64,000 nucleotides of DNA, from NCBI GenBank assembly GCA_964527185.1, contig CAZGOI010000002.1, positions 133,532 to 197,531 on the forward strand, given 5' to 3'. Origin of the DNA: an uncultured Candidatus Saccharibacteria bacterium. Lineage in GTDB: Bacteria > Patescibacteriota > Minisyncoccia > Phycocordibacterales > UBA9973. The translations under genes were made by a program, and so were the position numbers. The notes beneath the pieces are model-generated. The model was given only the letters and a program-made list of their open reading frames with translations, was not told where the DNA came from and ran no database searches. Shown piece after piece: positions 1 to 8,853 of this stretch. Numbering within the stretch: the stretch's first letter is position 1; each line of letters begins with the position of its first letter.

Positions 1-2
1 GC

Positions 3-1280
3 ATCGGCGGGATCGGGATTTCGGCGATCGCCCGGATGATGATACACCAGGGCAAAAATGTCACAGGCCAAGATTTACAAGATTCGGAAATTATCAAAGA
101 GCTCGAAAAATCTGGTGCCAAGATCACAATCGACCAAGCGTTTGAAAATATTCCAGAAAATACCGAACTCATAATCTACACAATAGCGATCGAGAGCTAC
201 GACACAGAACTTTATGAAAAATTAAAATCTCAAACAAAAATTCCTGTACGCTCATACCCCCAAATGCTCGGTATCATTAGTCAAGACAAATACACGATTG
301 CCATTTCAGGTACCCACGGCAAGACGACAACCACTGGCATGGTCGCCCAGATATTGCGCGACGAAGGTAAAGACCCAACTGTTATCATCGGTAGCTTACT
401 CGTCGGCGACAATAGCAACTTTATCGCTGGCAAAAGCGAATATTTTGTCGTCGAAGCTTGCGAATACAAGCGCTCGTTTTTAAATATTAACCCAAAAATT
501 TTAGTCATAACAAACATAGATGCCGATCACCTCGATTACTACAAAGATATCGAAGATATAAAAAGCGCTTTTCGGGCGCTCGCCATGAAAGTCCCTAGTG
601 ATGGTTTCGTAGTCTGCGACCCAAGCGCGCCAAATATAAAAGATGTCATAGACGGTATCAACGCCAAGGTCATAAATTATAAAGATTTCTTTAATCCAAC
701 CCAAGCACTAAAAATTCCTGGAGTCCACAACAAAGAAAATGCCGCCGCCGCTTTTGCTGTCGCCTCGATACTGGCTACTTCATATACTGGCGCAAGTCAT
801 CACCTGTCTGAATTTCCAGGCACCTGGCGACGTTTTGAATACAAAGGCAAACTTAAAAATAGCGCTCTCATATATGACGACTACGCTCATCACCCAGCCG
901 AGATCAAAGCCACCCTCCTTGGTTTTCGTGAACTTTACCCCAAAAAAGATAGCTGGAAGATCACCGTCATATTCCAGCCGCATCTATTCAGTCGCACAAA
1001 ATTGCTCCTACCAGATTTTGCCACAAGCTTTGAAGAATCTGATCTAGTTGTAATTTTGCCCATATACTATGCTCGTGAAGAAGACGACGGAACTATTTCT
1101 TCTAAAATATTAGCAGACCGCATAAATCACGCTGGCACAGTAGCCGAATCGTTTAAAGATTTTGAGAGCGCTGAAAGATATATTAAAGAATGGTTACCAA
1201 AGATGAATGACAAAGATGTAATAGTTACTATGGGTGCCGGGGAAGCCTTTAAAATAGGGGATTCTCTGCTCCTTAGCTAA
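3..1280 (+). CDS. murC: UDP-N-acetylmuramate--L-alanine ligase MurC, 5'-partial. Frame 3 reads IGGIGISAIARMMIHQ... from nt 3, so the gene starts upstream of the window.
   Basis: N-terminal IGGIGxSALA-type motif read directly in frame 3. Mur ligase P-loop GTHGKTTTTGMVAQIL. The length fits MurC. Confidence 0.85.
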   Translation: MGGIGISAIARMMIHQGKNVTGQDLQDSEIIKELEKSGAKITIDQAFENIPENTELIIYTIAIESYDTELYEKLKSQTKIPVRSYPQMLGIISQDKYTIAISGTHGKTTTTGMVAQILRDEGKDPTVIIGSLLVGDNSNFIAGKSEYFVVEACEYKRSFLNINPKILVITNIDADHLDYYKDIEDIKSAFRALAMKVPSDGFVVCDPSAPNIKDVIDGINAKVINYKDFFNPTQALKIPGVHNKENAAAAFAVASILATSYTGASHHLSEFPGTWRRFEYKGKLKNSALIYDDYAHHPAEIKATLLGFRELYPKKDSWKITVIFQPHLFSRTKLLLPDFATSFEESDLVVILPIYYAREEDDGTISSKILADRINHAGTVAESFKDFESAERYIKEWLPKMNDKDVIVTMGAGEAFKIGDSLLLS

Positions 1281-1362
1281 GGTGTTTATAACTCTTTTAC
1301 ATTGTGTTCTATAAATAATATAATTAAAGCATTATCAATCAATTTGTCGATATTAAACAAAC

Positions 1363-1755
1363 ATGGCAAAAAAATTAGCAAAGATTTTCGGTATAGTGTT
1401 TATCGTTGTCGGCTTGCTCGGTTTCTTCAATAATCCAGTTCTCGGGTTGTTTGAGGTGAACACCGCTCACAACGTAGTACACCTTTTGCTCGGTGTGATC
1501 CTCCTTTGGGGCGCTAAGAGCAATGCAAGTAAAGTCCTTAAATGGGTTGCAATCGTATACTTCGTAGTCGCCCTTCTAGGTTTCTTTATGGCTTCAAGTG
1601 GTGGCATGTTGCTTGGCTTCATTGATGTTAATGCCGCAGACAATTGGCTGCATCTTGTTCTTGCTCTTGTTCTCTTTTGGGCAAGTATGGGTGGCAAAAA
1701 GCCTATGATGCCTTCGTCTGCTCCATCATCGGGCGGTAGTGGCGCATCTATGTAA
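1363..1755 (+). CDS. Small four-TM membrane protein with internal duplication (DUF4383-like).
   Basis: Two repeated halves (FNNPVLGLFEVNTAHNVVHLLLG and FIDVNAADNWLHLVLA) with hydrophobic segments. It is followed by a strong terminator. Confidence 0.4.
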   Translation: MAKKLAKIFGIVFIVVGLLGFFNNPVLGLFEVNTAHNVVHLLLGVILLWGAKSNASKVLKWVAIVYFVVALLGFFMASSGGMLLGFIDVNAADNWLHLVLALVLFWASMGGKKPMMPSSAPSSGGSGASM

Positions 1756-1768
1756 TCTAAAACATAAA

Positions 1769-1795
1769 ACACCTCGAGAGCATCGAGGTGTTTTA
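1769..1795 (+). terminator. Rho-independent terminator: 9-bp stem acacctcga/tcgaggtgt followed by a T-run.
   Basis: A perfect inverted repeat and a TTTT tract were read directly. Confidence 0.7.
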
Positions 1796-1810
1796 TGTTA
1801 GAATATATAT

Positions 1811-2641
1811 GTGAGAATAAAAAAATACGCTTTTATTTTATTTATTTTTGCATCAATTTTTTTTACTAGGGCGGCAGGTGCCGTCGATAGTTATTCTGTT
1901 GGTTTTGTGCAACAGCAAATATGGTATTCAAAATCACCACTTGTCGAAGGTGACAATGTAAAAATCCACACCGTCGTTTGGAATGGAACATCAGCAAGCA
2001 TTTCTCTGCATGTAGAATTTGATGATAAAAATGTCGTCTTGGGTAGTCGCGATGTTTTGCTTGACCCATCGACCCTCAAGGATGTCTCGATTTCTTGGGT
2101 CGTAACTTCTGGCGACCACTATATTTCTGCAAAAATTACATCCTCGAATACAAAAGGTGCAACAGATAAAATAGATGTCACACCAAACACCAACCAAACC
2201 TCTATCGACCATCAATTTGTTCCAGTTACGATTAAAACAGTCGATGGCAATCAAGCTTCGAGTGCTGATATTATAAAAAATGAAGTTAGCAAAGCAAATT
2301 CAGAAATAAAAAATATAGTACCAAGTAATATAGTAGATACGACAGCGAATTTATTTTCATCGATCGACAGCAATCGGCAAAATACCTATAACAATCTATT
2401 GTCTATCGAAAAAGATACCCAAAAACATCTCGATGGTTTAAATACAAACCAAAAATCACAAATTCAAACTCCACAAAATGGGAAATTATTCGATGCAACC
2501 GAAAAACCAATAACCTATGTAAAATTATTCCTAGTCGGCACTCTCATGCTTGTGTTTGGCAATGCAATTATTTTTTACTCACTATGTGGCCTCGTTCTAT
2601 TTATCACAATACGGTTCATCTATAGAAAAATAAGAAGATAA
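1811..2641 (+). CDS. Hypothetical envelope protein with an N-terminal signal peptide or TM and a C-terminal TM anchor.
   Basis: Hydrophobic N-terminus (FILFIFASIFF..AAGA), a polar Ser/Thr/Asn-rich central region and a C-terminal hydrophobic helix followed by RKIRR. No recognisable catalytic motif. Confidence 0.45.
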   Translation: MRIKKYAFILFIFASIFFTRAAGAVDSYSVGFVQQQIWYSKSPLVEGDNVKIHTVVWNGTSASISLHVEFDDKNVVLGSRDVLLDPSTLKDVSISWVVTSGDHYISAKITSSNTKGATDKIDVTPNTNQTSIDHQFVPVTIKTVDGNQASSADIIKNEVSKANSEIKNIVPSNIVDTTANLFSSIDSNRQNTYNNLLSIEKDTQKHLDGLNTNQKSQIQTPQNGKLFDATEKPITYVKLFLVGTLMLVFGNAIIFYSLCGLVLFITIRFIYRKIRR

Positions 2642-2650
2642 ATTGCTAAT

Positions 2651-2956
2651 TTGTCAACCAAACAATTTCTAGCGTATAATGCCTTCATGAAGAGATTTGG
2701 CTTTGATTTTTTGCTTTTTGTTTCCATCTTTGCCCTGCCTTGGTGGTTGACAGCCTTACTTGCGCTTGTTGGCTTGTTTTTATTTAAAAACTTCTACGAG
2801 TTTCTTGTCACCGGAGCGATAGTCTTTTCGTTATTCTCGGAGGGGACAATGCAATTTATCTCTTCGCGGCTATGGTTCCCGCTTTTACTCGGCGCTATAT
2901 TTATAGGTGTCCAAATATTGCGCAACAATATAATCCTTTATCGCAATGACATTTAG
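2651..2956 (+). CDS. Hypothetical small membrane protein.
   Basis: The ORF has 3 predicted TM helices and sits between the unknown envelope protein and the PBP2 gene, which it overlaps by 11 nt. Confidence 0.35.
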   Translation: MSTKQFLAYNAFMKRFGFDFLLFVSIFALPWWLTALLALVGLFLFKNFYEFLVTGAIVFSLFSEGTMQFISSRLWFPLLLGAIFIGVQILRNNIILYRNDI

Positions 2957-4643
2957 AAAAAGAAAAAAACTAATAAATAAAAATATCGACCCAGATGAAA
3001 TATTCTTGGATTCTACAAACCTGCCCAACTTCAACACCCAGCAATTTGAAGGTCGTATTGAAAAACCAATACCAAAGCGATCAATATTTTTTATTGGCGG
3101 ATTTTTCGCTTTGGTCGCCATTATTTTTACTTGGCAGCTTGGACAATTGCAGATTAAACACGGTGAGGCCTACTATACAAAAAGCCAAAACAACACCCTG
3201 TCTAAGCAGCCAATATTTTCCGACCGTGGGCTCATCTACGATAGGCAAGGAACTTTACTTGCATGGAACGTCTGGGACAAAGACAATATAAATAAATTCT
3301 TGCCACCCAAGCGCGCCTATACAAGCGACTCTGGTTTTGGATTACTGCTTGGTTACGTTAGTTCGCCGGCTCATGATTCTTCGGGTAACTATTGGCAAGA
3401 AAATTTCATAGGTAAAGATGGAGTTGAAAAATATTACGATAATAATTTAACGGGTAAAAATGGTGTTCGTATCACTGAAACCGATGCAAGCGGTGTCGTC
3501 CAATCAGAAAATACAGTTTCAGAACCAAAATCTGGCCAAGATATCAAGCTCTCTATAGATGCCAGGATAGAAAAAGAAATATATAAAGCTATCTCTGGCA
3601 TGGCCTCCTCAGCTTCATTTTCTGGTGGGGCAGGGGTCATCATGGATATTAAAACAGGCGAGCTCCTAGCTCTGACAAGTTACCCAGAGTACAACGCTAC
3701 GATTTTATCGACAGGCCAAGATAAAAAAACTATCAACGGCTATATCAACGACAAAAGAAAAGTTTTTCTAAACCGAGCTGTCGCCGGACTCTACACCCCG
3801 GGTTCGATAGTCAAACCATTTATTGCTTATGGTGCGCTAGTTGAAAACATTATTTCGCCATTCAAAGAAATTTTTGCTAATGGTTCGATCTCGGTTCCCA
3901 ACCCATACTTTCCAAATAAGAAATCAATATTTAAAGACCATGGATCTTTTGGTAATGTAGATATGCAAAAAGCCATAGCCCTTTCTTCAGACGTATATTT
4001 TTATGAAATTGGCGGTGGATATCAAGACCAAAAAGGTTTAGGCATCGTTAATATAGACAAATACACAAGCATGTTTGGACTCGCGCAAAAAACAGGCATC
4101 GACCTACCAGGTGAAAAAGCTGGAGTCATTCCAACACCAGAATGGAAAGCTCAAAATTTCAAAGGCGATATCTGGCGTATTGGGGATACATATAATACCG
4201 CTATCGGTCAATATGGTTTTCAAGTAACGCCGATTCAAATGGCTAGAGCCGTAGCTGGGATTGCAGCTGATGGCGTCATACCGACTCCACACGCAAAGCT
4301 CGATGACGCAATACTTGAAGCGCAAAAAACCACGCTACTTGTCGATGAGAACGATTTGCAAACCATTAGAGATGCCATGCGGCACGTTGTGACCGATGGT
4401 ACAGGAACGGCTCTCAATGGCTTAAGCATTAAAGTTGCGGCCAAATCTGGAACAGCCCAAGTCGGTCTCGGCAATACCAACACCAACTCTTGGATCGTCG
4501 GCTTTTTCCCGTATGACAAACCAAAGTATTCATTTGCTATTTTAATGGAGCGTGGCCCCAAATCTGCCTCTGGCAATGCCACCCAGGTCGCTAGAGATGT
4601 TATAGATTATATGAGCGTCTATACGCCAGAATACCTTAAATAA
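2946..4643 (+). CDS. mrdA: Penicillin-binding protein 2-like peptidoglycan D,D-transpeptidase.
   Basis: N-terminal TM, a DRGLIYDRQGTLLA motif of the PBP2 type, and active-site motifs SIVKP (SxxK), SSD (SxN) and KSGTA (KTG). Confidence 0.8.
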   Translation: MTFRKRKKLINKNIDPDEIFLDSTNLPNFNTQQFEGRIEKPIPKRSIFFIGGFFALVAIIFTWQLGQLQIKHGEAYYTKSQNNTLSKQPIFSDRGLIYDRQGTLLAWNVWDKDNINKFLPPKRAYTSDSGFGLLLGYVSSPAHDSSGNYWQENFIGKDGVEKYYDNNLTGKNGVRITETDASGVVQSENTVSEPKSGQDIKLSIDARIEKEIYKAISGMASSASFSGGAGVIMDIKTGELLALTSYPEYNATILSTGQDKKTINGYINDKRKVFLNRAVAGLYTPGSIVKPFIAYGALVENIISPFKEIFANGSISVPNPYFPNKKSIFKDHGSFGNVDMQKAIALSSDVYFYEIGGGYQDQKGLGIVNIDKYTSMFGLAQKTGIDLPGEKAGVIPTPEWKAQNFKGDIWRIGDTYNTAIGQYGFQVTPIQMARAVAGIAADGVIPTPHAKLDDAILEAQKTTLLVDENDLQTIRDAMRHVVTDGTGTALNGLSIKVAAKSGTAQVGLGNTNTNSWIVGFFPYDKPKYSFAILMERGPKSASGNATQVARDVIDYMSVYTPEYLK

Positions 4644-4685
4644 GTCTTTGACATAAAGGCCCAAAACATATATACTAGGCCGATT

Positions 4686-5147
4686 ATGGATGAAATCCAT
4701 TATATAACTGAAGACAAAAAACGGGCTTTAATTGAGGAATTAAACCATTTAAAGAACGTAAAACGCAAAGAAATATTGGAAACACTGCAGGCCGCTAAAG
4801 CTCTGGGGGATTTGTCTGAGAATGCAGAATACCATCAAGCCCGCGAAGACCAAGGCAAGACCGAAGATCGGATAAACCAAATCGAATATATGTTGCAATC
4901 AGCTGTCGTGGTCAAGAAACACCATAGCGACAAAGTAGAAATCGGCACTGTTGTTCAAGTTAAAAAAGACGACAGCAAAGTAATCGAATACAGCATAGTC
5001 GGGGCAGAGGAGGCTGACATGGCTAAAAATAAAATTTCAAACAAATCTCCAATCGGCGAGGCGCTTTTCGGCAGATCAAAAGGCGATACCGTTTCGATCA
5101 ATACCCCAAAGGGTCTAGTCAAATACACTATTGTTGATATACAATAG
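4686..5147 (+). CDS. greA: Transcription elongation factor GreA.
   Basis: N-terminal coiled coil with LSENAEYHQAREDQ and a C-terminal FKBP-like domain. The length (153 aa) fits. Confidence 0.85.
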   Translation: MDEIHYITEDKKRALIEELNHLKNVKRKEILETLQAAKALGDLSENAEYHQAREDQGKTEDRINQIEYMLQSAVVVKKHHSDKVEIGTVVQVKKDDSKVIEYSIVGAEEADMAKNKISNKSPIGEALFGRSKGDTVSINTPKGLVKYTIVDIQ

Positions 5148-5152
5148 AGCCT

Positions 5153-6610
5153 ATGGCGTCTCTCGAAGAACTTCGCAGTGCTCGAATCGCAAAAATAGAG
5201 AAATTGAAGTCTTATGGTATGGATCCATACACGGCCGAATCTTTTCGCACCCATAAAATATCAGAAGCCCTCGACGGTTTCTCGATGCTCGAGTCAGACG
5301 GGACAAATATTACTCTTTCTGGCCGAGTTTTGACCATTCGCGGCCAAGGCGCAATTTTATTTTTCAATTTCACAGATGGCACCGGAATTTTCCAAGGTTT
5401 AGTAAAAAAGGGCGAGTTCGACGATGAACTTTTTAAACTTTTTGTCGACACTGTCGATGGTGCAGATTTTATTGAAGTCACTGGCGCTCTTTTTAAAACA
5501 AAAACCGATGAAAAAACAATTCTTGTTAAAAACTGGCGGATGCTGACCAAAGCCCTAGCTCCTTTGCCAGACAAATGGGCAGGACTGCAAGACACAGAAG
5601 AAAAATTTAGAAAAAGATATTTGGATATTTTAACGACACCAGAACTGCAAGAACTTTTTCAAAAGAAATCAAAGTTCTGGGAAGTAACTCGTGATTTTAT
5701 GAAGTCACATGGCTTTCTAGAAGTCGAGACGCCAACACTCGAACTGACGACCGGCGGCGCTGAAGCCAACCCGTTCAAGACCCACCATAAAGATTTTGAC
5801 CTCGATGTTTATCTGCGCATATCGATAGGCGAGCTCTGGCAGAAGAGGCTTATGGCGGCTGGCTTCCCTAAAACTTTTGAGATAGGCCGGGCATATCGCA
5901 ACGAAGGTTCTAGCCCGGAACATTTGCAAGAATTTACCAATATGGAGTTCTATTGGGCTTATGCCAACTATAAAGATGGTATGAAGCTAACAGAAGACCT
6001 ATTCCAAACCATTGCCAGGGAGGTTTTCGGCACGACGACATTTTCGACAGGTGGCCACACGTTTGATCTGGCAGGAGATTGGCAAAAGATAGAATATAAA
6101 GACGAAGTGCTCAGGCAAACAGGTATAGACGTTTTAAAATCGACCGACAAAGAAATGAAATCTAAACTAGACGAACTCGGAATAAAATATGAAGGTGAAA
6201 ACCGCGAACGCTTTATCGACAGCCTCTGGAAATATTGCCGGAAAAATGTTTCAGGCCCAGTTTTTTTGATTCACCATCCAAAACTTGTTTCGCCGCTTTC
6301 AAAATCTTTGCCGGAAAATAGGGAGCTAACAGAAAGATTTCAAATAATAATTGCTGGTTCTGAATTGGGTAATGGATTCTCTGAATTAAACGACCCAGTT
6401 GACCAGCGAGAAAGATTTGAGTTGCAACAGAAACTCATTGACGCTGGCGACAGTGAGGCAATGCAACCAGAATGGGATTTCGTCGAAATGCTAGAACACG
6501 GAATGCCACCGACGTGCGGTTTTGGTTTTGGTGAGAGATTATTCTCTTTTATGGTAGACAAGCCAATTCGCGAAACACAACTCTTCCCATTAATGAAACC
6601 AAAAGAATAA
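5153..6610 (+). CDS. lysS: Lysyl-tRNA synthetase, class II.
   Basis: N-terminal OB anticodon-binding domain and class II motifs (GFLEVETPTL, FRNEG-like RNEGSS, C-terminal GFGFGERL). Confidence 0.9.
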   Translation: MASLEELRSARIAKIEKLKSYGMDPYTAESFRTHKISEALDGFSMLESDGTNITLSGRVLTIRGQGAILFFNFTDGTGIFQGLVKKGEFDDELFKLFVDTVDGADFIEVTGALFKTKTDEKTILVKNWRMLTKALAPLPDKWAGLQDTEEKFRKRYLDILTTPELQELFQKKSKFWEVTRDFMKSHGFLEVETPTLELTTGGAEANPFKTHHKDFDLDVYLRISIGELWQKRLMAAGFPKTFEIGRAYRNEGSSPEHLQEFTNMEFYWAYANYKDGMKLTEDLFQTIAREVFGTTTFSTGGHTFDLAGDWQKIEYKDEVLRQTGIDVLKSTDKEMKSKLDELGIKYEGENRERFIDSLWKYCRKNVSGPVFLIHHPKLVSPLSKSLPENRELTERFQIIIAGSELGNGFSELNDPVDQRERFELQQKLIDAGDSEAMQPEWDFVEMLEHGMPPTCGFGFGERLFSFMVDKPIRETQLFPLMKPKE

Positions 6611-6612
6611 AA

Positions 6613-6634
6613 AACCGCATCGCTGCGGTTTTTA
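6613..6634 (+). terminator. Rho-independent terminator after lysS (ccgca-tcgc-tgcgg plus TTTTT).
   Basis: Hairpin and T-run read directly. Confidence 0.6.
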
Positions 6635-6643
6635 ATAATGATT

Positions 6644-6841
6644 TTAGAGTTCTTCAATTGGGGGTATTTGGTTTTTTTCTTCAAATTTTAAGTCAGGTGT
6701 GTATACAATAGGATCCGACTCACCTTTCTTTTTTGTGTGCAAAAAATGATCTGGATTGATTATTCCAAACACACAACTACCATTTTCATCGATACCTAAT
6801 AATATCCCTATGATTGATTTTTTCGGTTCATGTTTTTCCAT
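6644..6841 (-). CDS. Hypothetical 65-aa protein.
   Basis: ORF only; no recognisable domain. It lies in tandem with a second tiny ORF upstream. Confidence 0.3.
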   Translation of the reverse strand: MEKHEPKKSIIGILLGIDENGSCVFGIINPDHFLHTKKKGESDPIVYTPDLKFEEKNQIPPIEEL

Positions 6842-6856
6842 GAGTATTTTTTTAAG

Positions 6857-7021
6857 TTAGGAATTTTTTTGTTTTTCAGGTACATATTCCGTAAAGATGA
6901 TCCTAGTTCTTTTTTTTCTGGGTTTTAAAATCATTTTTCCTTCTTCATTAAATTTGTTGGTTTTAGCAAATATGAACCCACCGAGTTTTACTATTTTCAG
7001 TGGTTGATTTTTGTTTGCCAT
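6857..7021 (-). CDS. Hypothetical 54-aa basic protein (MANKNQPLKIVKLGGFIFAKTNKFNEEGKMILKPRKKRTRIIFTEYVPEKQKNS), below the ORF-track cutoff.
   Basis: Translated by hand from the minus strand: ATG at 7021 and TAA at 6857. No homology recognised. Confidence 0.25.
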   Translation of the reverse strand: MANKNQPLKIVKLGGFIFAKTNKFNEEGKMILKPRKKRTRIIFTEYVPEKQKNS

Positions 7022-7100
7022 GTTTTAAAATAATTTTTCTACATACTATCACACAATTTTTATCTTGTCTAGTCAAGGCTTAAATTTATCCACAGTTTTA

Positions 7101-7166
7101 GTGGGGGATTTCATTTGTATTGTGGGATAAAGTGGTTTATAATTAAGCCCAGTGGTATAAGGTGGG
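7101..7166 (+). promoter_or_regulatory. Array of five GTGG[GT] boxes phased at 10/20 bp (7101, 7122, 7132, 7152, 7162). Interpreted as the MraZ operator upstream of mraZ.
   Basis: Repeat positions read directly. MraZ is known to bind direct repeats of TGGG-type boxes with 10-bp periodicity in its own promoter. Confidence 0.45.
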
Positions 7167-7200
7167 AAATAATAATTATATCCTTATTTCACAAGACAAT

Positions 7201-7635
7201 ATGCTCATCGGAGAATACAACCATACACTAGATGAAAAAAATAGAATGTCTCTTCCAGTAAAGTTTCGAAAAGAGATGGGCAAGAGTGTCGTGGTCGCAC
7301 CCGGCCTTGATAATTGTCTGTCGCTTTTTACAACAAAAGAATGGGAAAAAATTTCAAGCAAACTCTCAGATTCGTCGATGATTGCCTCTGACAATAGAAG
7401 TTTTTCGAGATTTATGTTTGGCCAAGCCATGGTAGTTGATGTCGATGCCCAGGGCCGAATACTAATCCCGGAGAATTTAAAAAATCGTTCCAAACTTTCA
7501 TCGAGAGTAATTGTCATCGGAGTTCAAAACCGTGCAGAAATCTGGAACGAAAAAGCTTGGCATGAATACAAGAAAATTGTCGAAACACAGGCAGACGCCC
7601 TGGCAGATAAATTGGGGCAGGTAGGAGTTCTTTAA
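7201..7635 (+). CDS. mraZ: Transcriptional regulator MraZ. The start is revised to ATG 7201, because the ORF-track GTG at 7162 lies inside the operator array.
   Basis: MLIGEYNHTLDEKNRMSLPVKFRKEM matches the MraZ N-terminus. The duplicated DUF-MraZ halves and position first in the dcw cluster agree. Confidence 0.85.
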   Translation: MLIGEYNHTLDEKNRMSLPVKFRKEMGKSVVVAPGLDNCLSLFTTKEWEKISSKLSDSSMIASDNRSFSRFMFGQAMVVDVDAQGRILIPENLKNRSKLSSRVIVIGVQNRAEIWNEKAWHEYKKIVETQADALADKLGQVGVL

Positions 7636-7642
7636 AAATATT

Positions 7643-8533
7643 ATGCATATTTCAGTACTTCGCGATGAATCGATAGACTCGCTTCGCATCGTCTCTGGTG
7701 ACATCGTTGTCGACGGGACGCTCGGCGGCGGCGGGCACACCCTTGAGATGATCAAACGATACGGTTCAGGCATAAAGATAATAGGCCTAGACCTTGACCG
7801 CGATGCAGTTGAGAGAACAAAAAGGCTTATCGGTGGAACTATTTCTGATGCGACACTACGAATTTCTGGTTTTCAAAGTCTAGACAAAGTTTTGAGCGAG
7901 CTAAATATAACCCACGTCGACAAAATTTTGCTCGACCTCGGTATATCTTCATTTCAACTCGAATCCTCTGGCCGCGGTTTTACATTTCAAAAAAATGAAC
8001 CATTACTAATGACGATGAAGGCAGAACCGAGTGACAGCGACCTGACAGCAGAAGATATCGTAAACACTTGGGAAGAGAAAACGCTCGCCGATATCATCTA
8101 TGGCTTTGGAGAAGAAAAGTATTCTCGGGCAGTAGCCAGAGCGATAGTAACCGCCCGAAAAGAAAAAGCCATCGAAACCACTTTTGACCTCGTGCAGATT
8201 ATAGATAAAGCCATCGGCAAGTATTACAAACGATCGAAAATCAACCCAGCAACAAAAACATTCCAAGCTCTGCGCATTGCCGTCAACAGCGAGCTTACGA
8301 ATTTAGAAAAAGCCATCGAGGCAAACTTCAAGCTCTTAAAGGCGGGAGGCCGAATGGCCATAATTTCTTTTCACAGCCTCGAAGACCGGATAGTCAAAAG
8401 GGCTTTTATAAAAATAAAAAATGAAGGATATGCAAATATTGTGACAAAAAAACCAATTACACCAAGCCAAAACGAACTAGAGCAAAACCCTCGCGCTCGA
8501 AGCGCAAAATTAAGAGTAATAGAAAAAATATGA
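7643..8533 (+). CDS. rsmH: 16S rRNA (cytosine1402-N4)-methyltransferase RsmH (MraW).
   Basis: DGTLGGGGHT SAM-binding motif and conserved position after mraZ. Confidence 0.9.
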   Translation: MHISVLRDESIDSLRIVSGDIVVDGTLGGGGHTLEMIKRYGSGIKIIGLDLDRDAVERTKRLIGGTISDATLRISGFQSLDKVLSELNITHVDKILLDLGISSFQLESSGRGFTFQKNEPLLMTMKAEPSDSDLTAEDIVNTWEEKTLADIIYGFGEEKYSRAVARAIVTARKEKAIETTFDLVQIIDKAIGKYYKRSKINPATKTFQALRIAVNSELTNLEKAIEANFKLLKAGGRMAIISFHSLEDRIVKRAFIKIKNEGYANIVTKKPITPSQNELEQNPRARSAKLRVIEKI

Positions 8534-8853
8534 CAAAAGTAAAAGCAATCACAGTCGATATAGCAAAAAATACAAACACTCAGAAAACAATATTCCGAGC
8601 GCTTATTGCCTGTCTGATGCTCCTTTCTGTCGTCTATGGGTATTTGATTGGCTCCATTACATTTAATATTTTGGCTCGCAAATCTCTTGAAACAACTGTC
8701 CGTAGCCTAAGCACGAACGTCAGTAACCTCGAACTTGAATATTTAAATAAAACAAACAAGATAGACAAACAATACGCCAACAGCTTGGGATTTGTGAACG
8801 CAAATGATAATATCTTTGTAACACGCAGCGTTTCGAGTGTTGCTATAAGATAA
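8530..8853 (+). CDS. ftsL: FtsL-like cell-division protein (single TM plus coiled coil).
   Basis: Assigned by position between rsmH and ftsI, with one TM helix, a short periplasmic coiled-coil region and translational coupling (overlaps) on both sides. Confidence 0.5.
   Translation: MTKVKAITVDIAKNTNTQKTIFRALIACLMLLSVVYGYLIGSITFNILARKSLETTVRSLSTNVSNLELEYLNKTNKIDKQYANSLGFVNANDNIFVTRSVSSVAIR

Noticed and set aside
7162-7200. GTG start for mraZ given by the ORF track.
   Set aside because: It coincides with the fifth GTGGG operator box and adds 13 non-conserved residues. The ATG at 7201 gives the canonical MraZ N-terminus.
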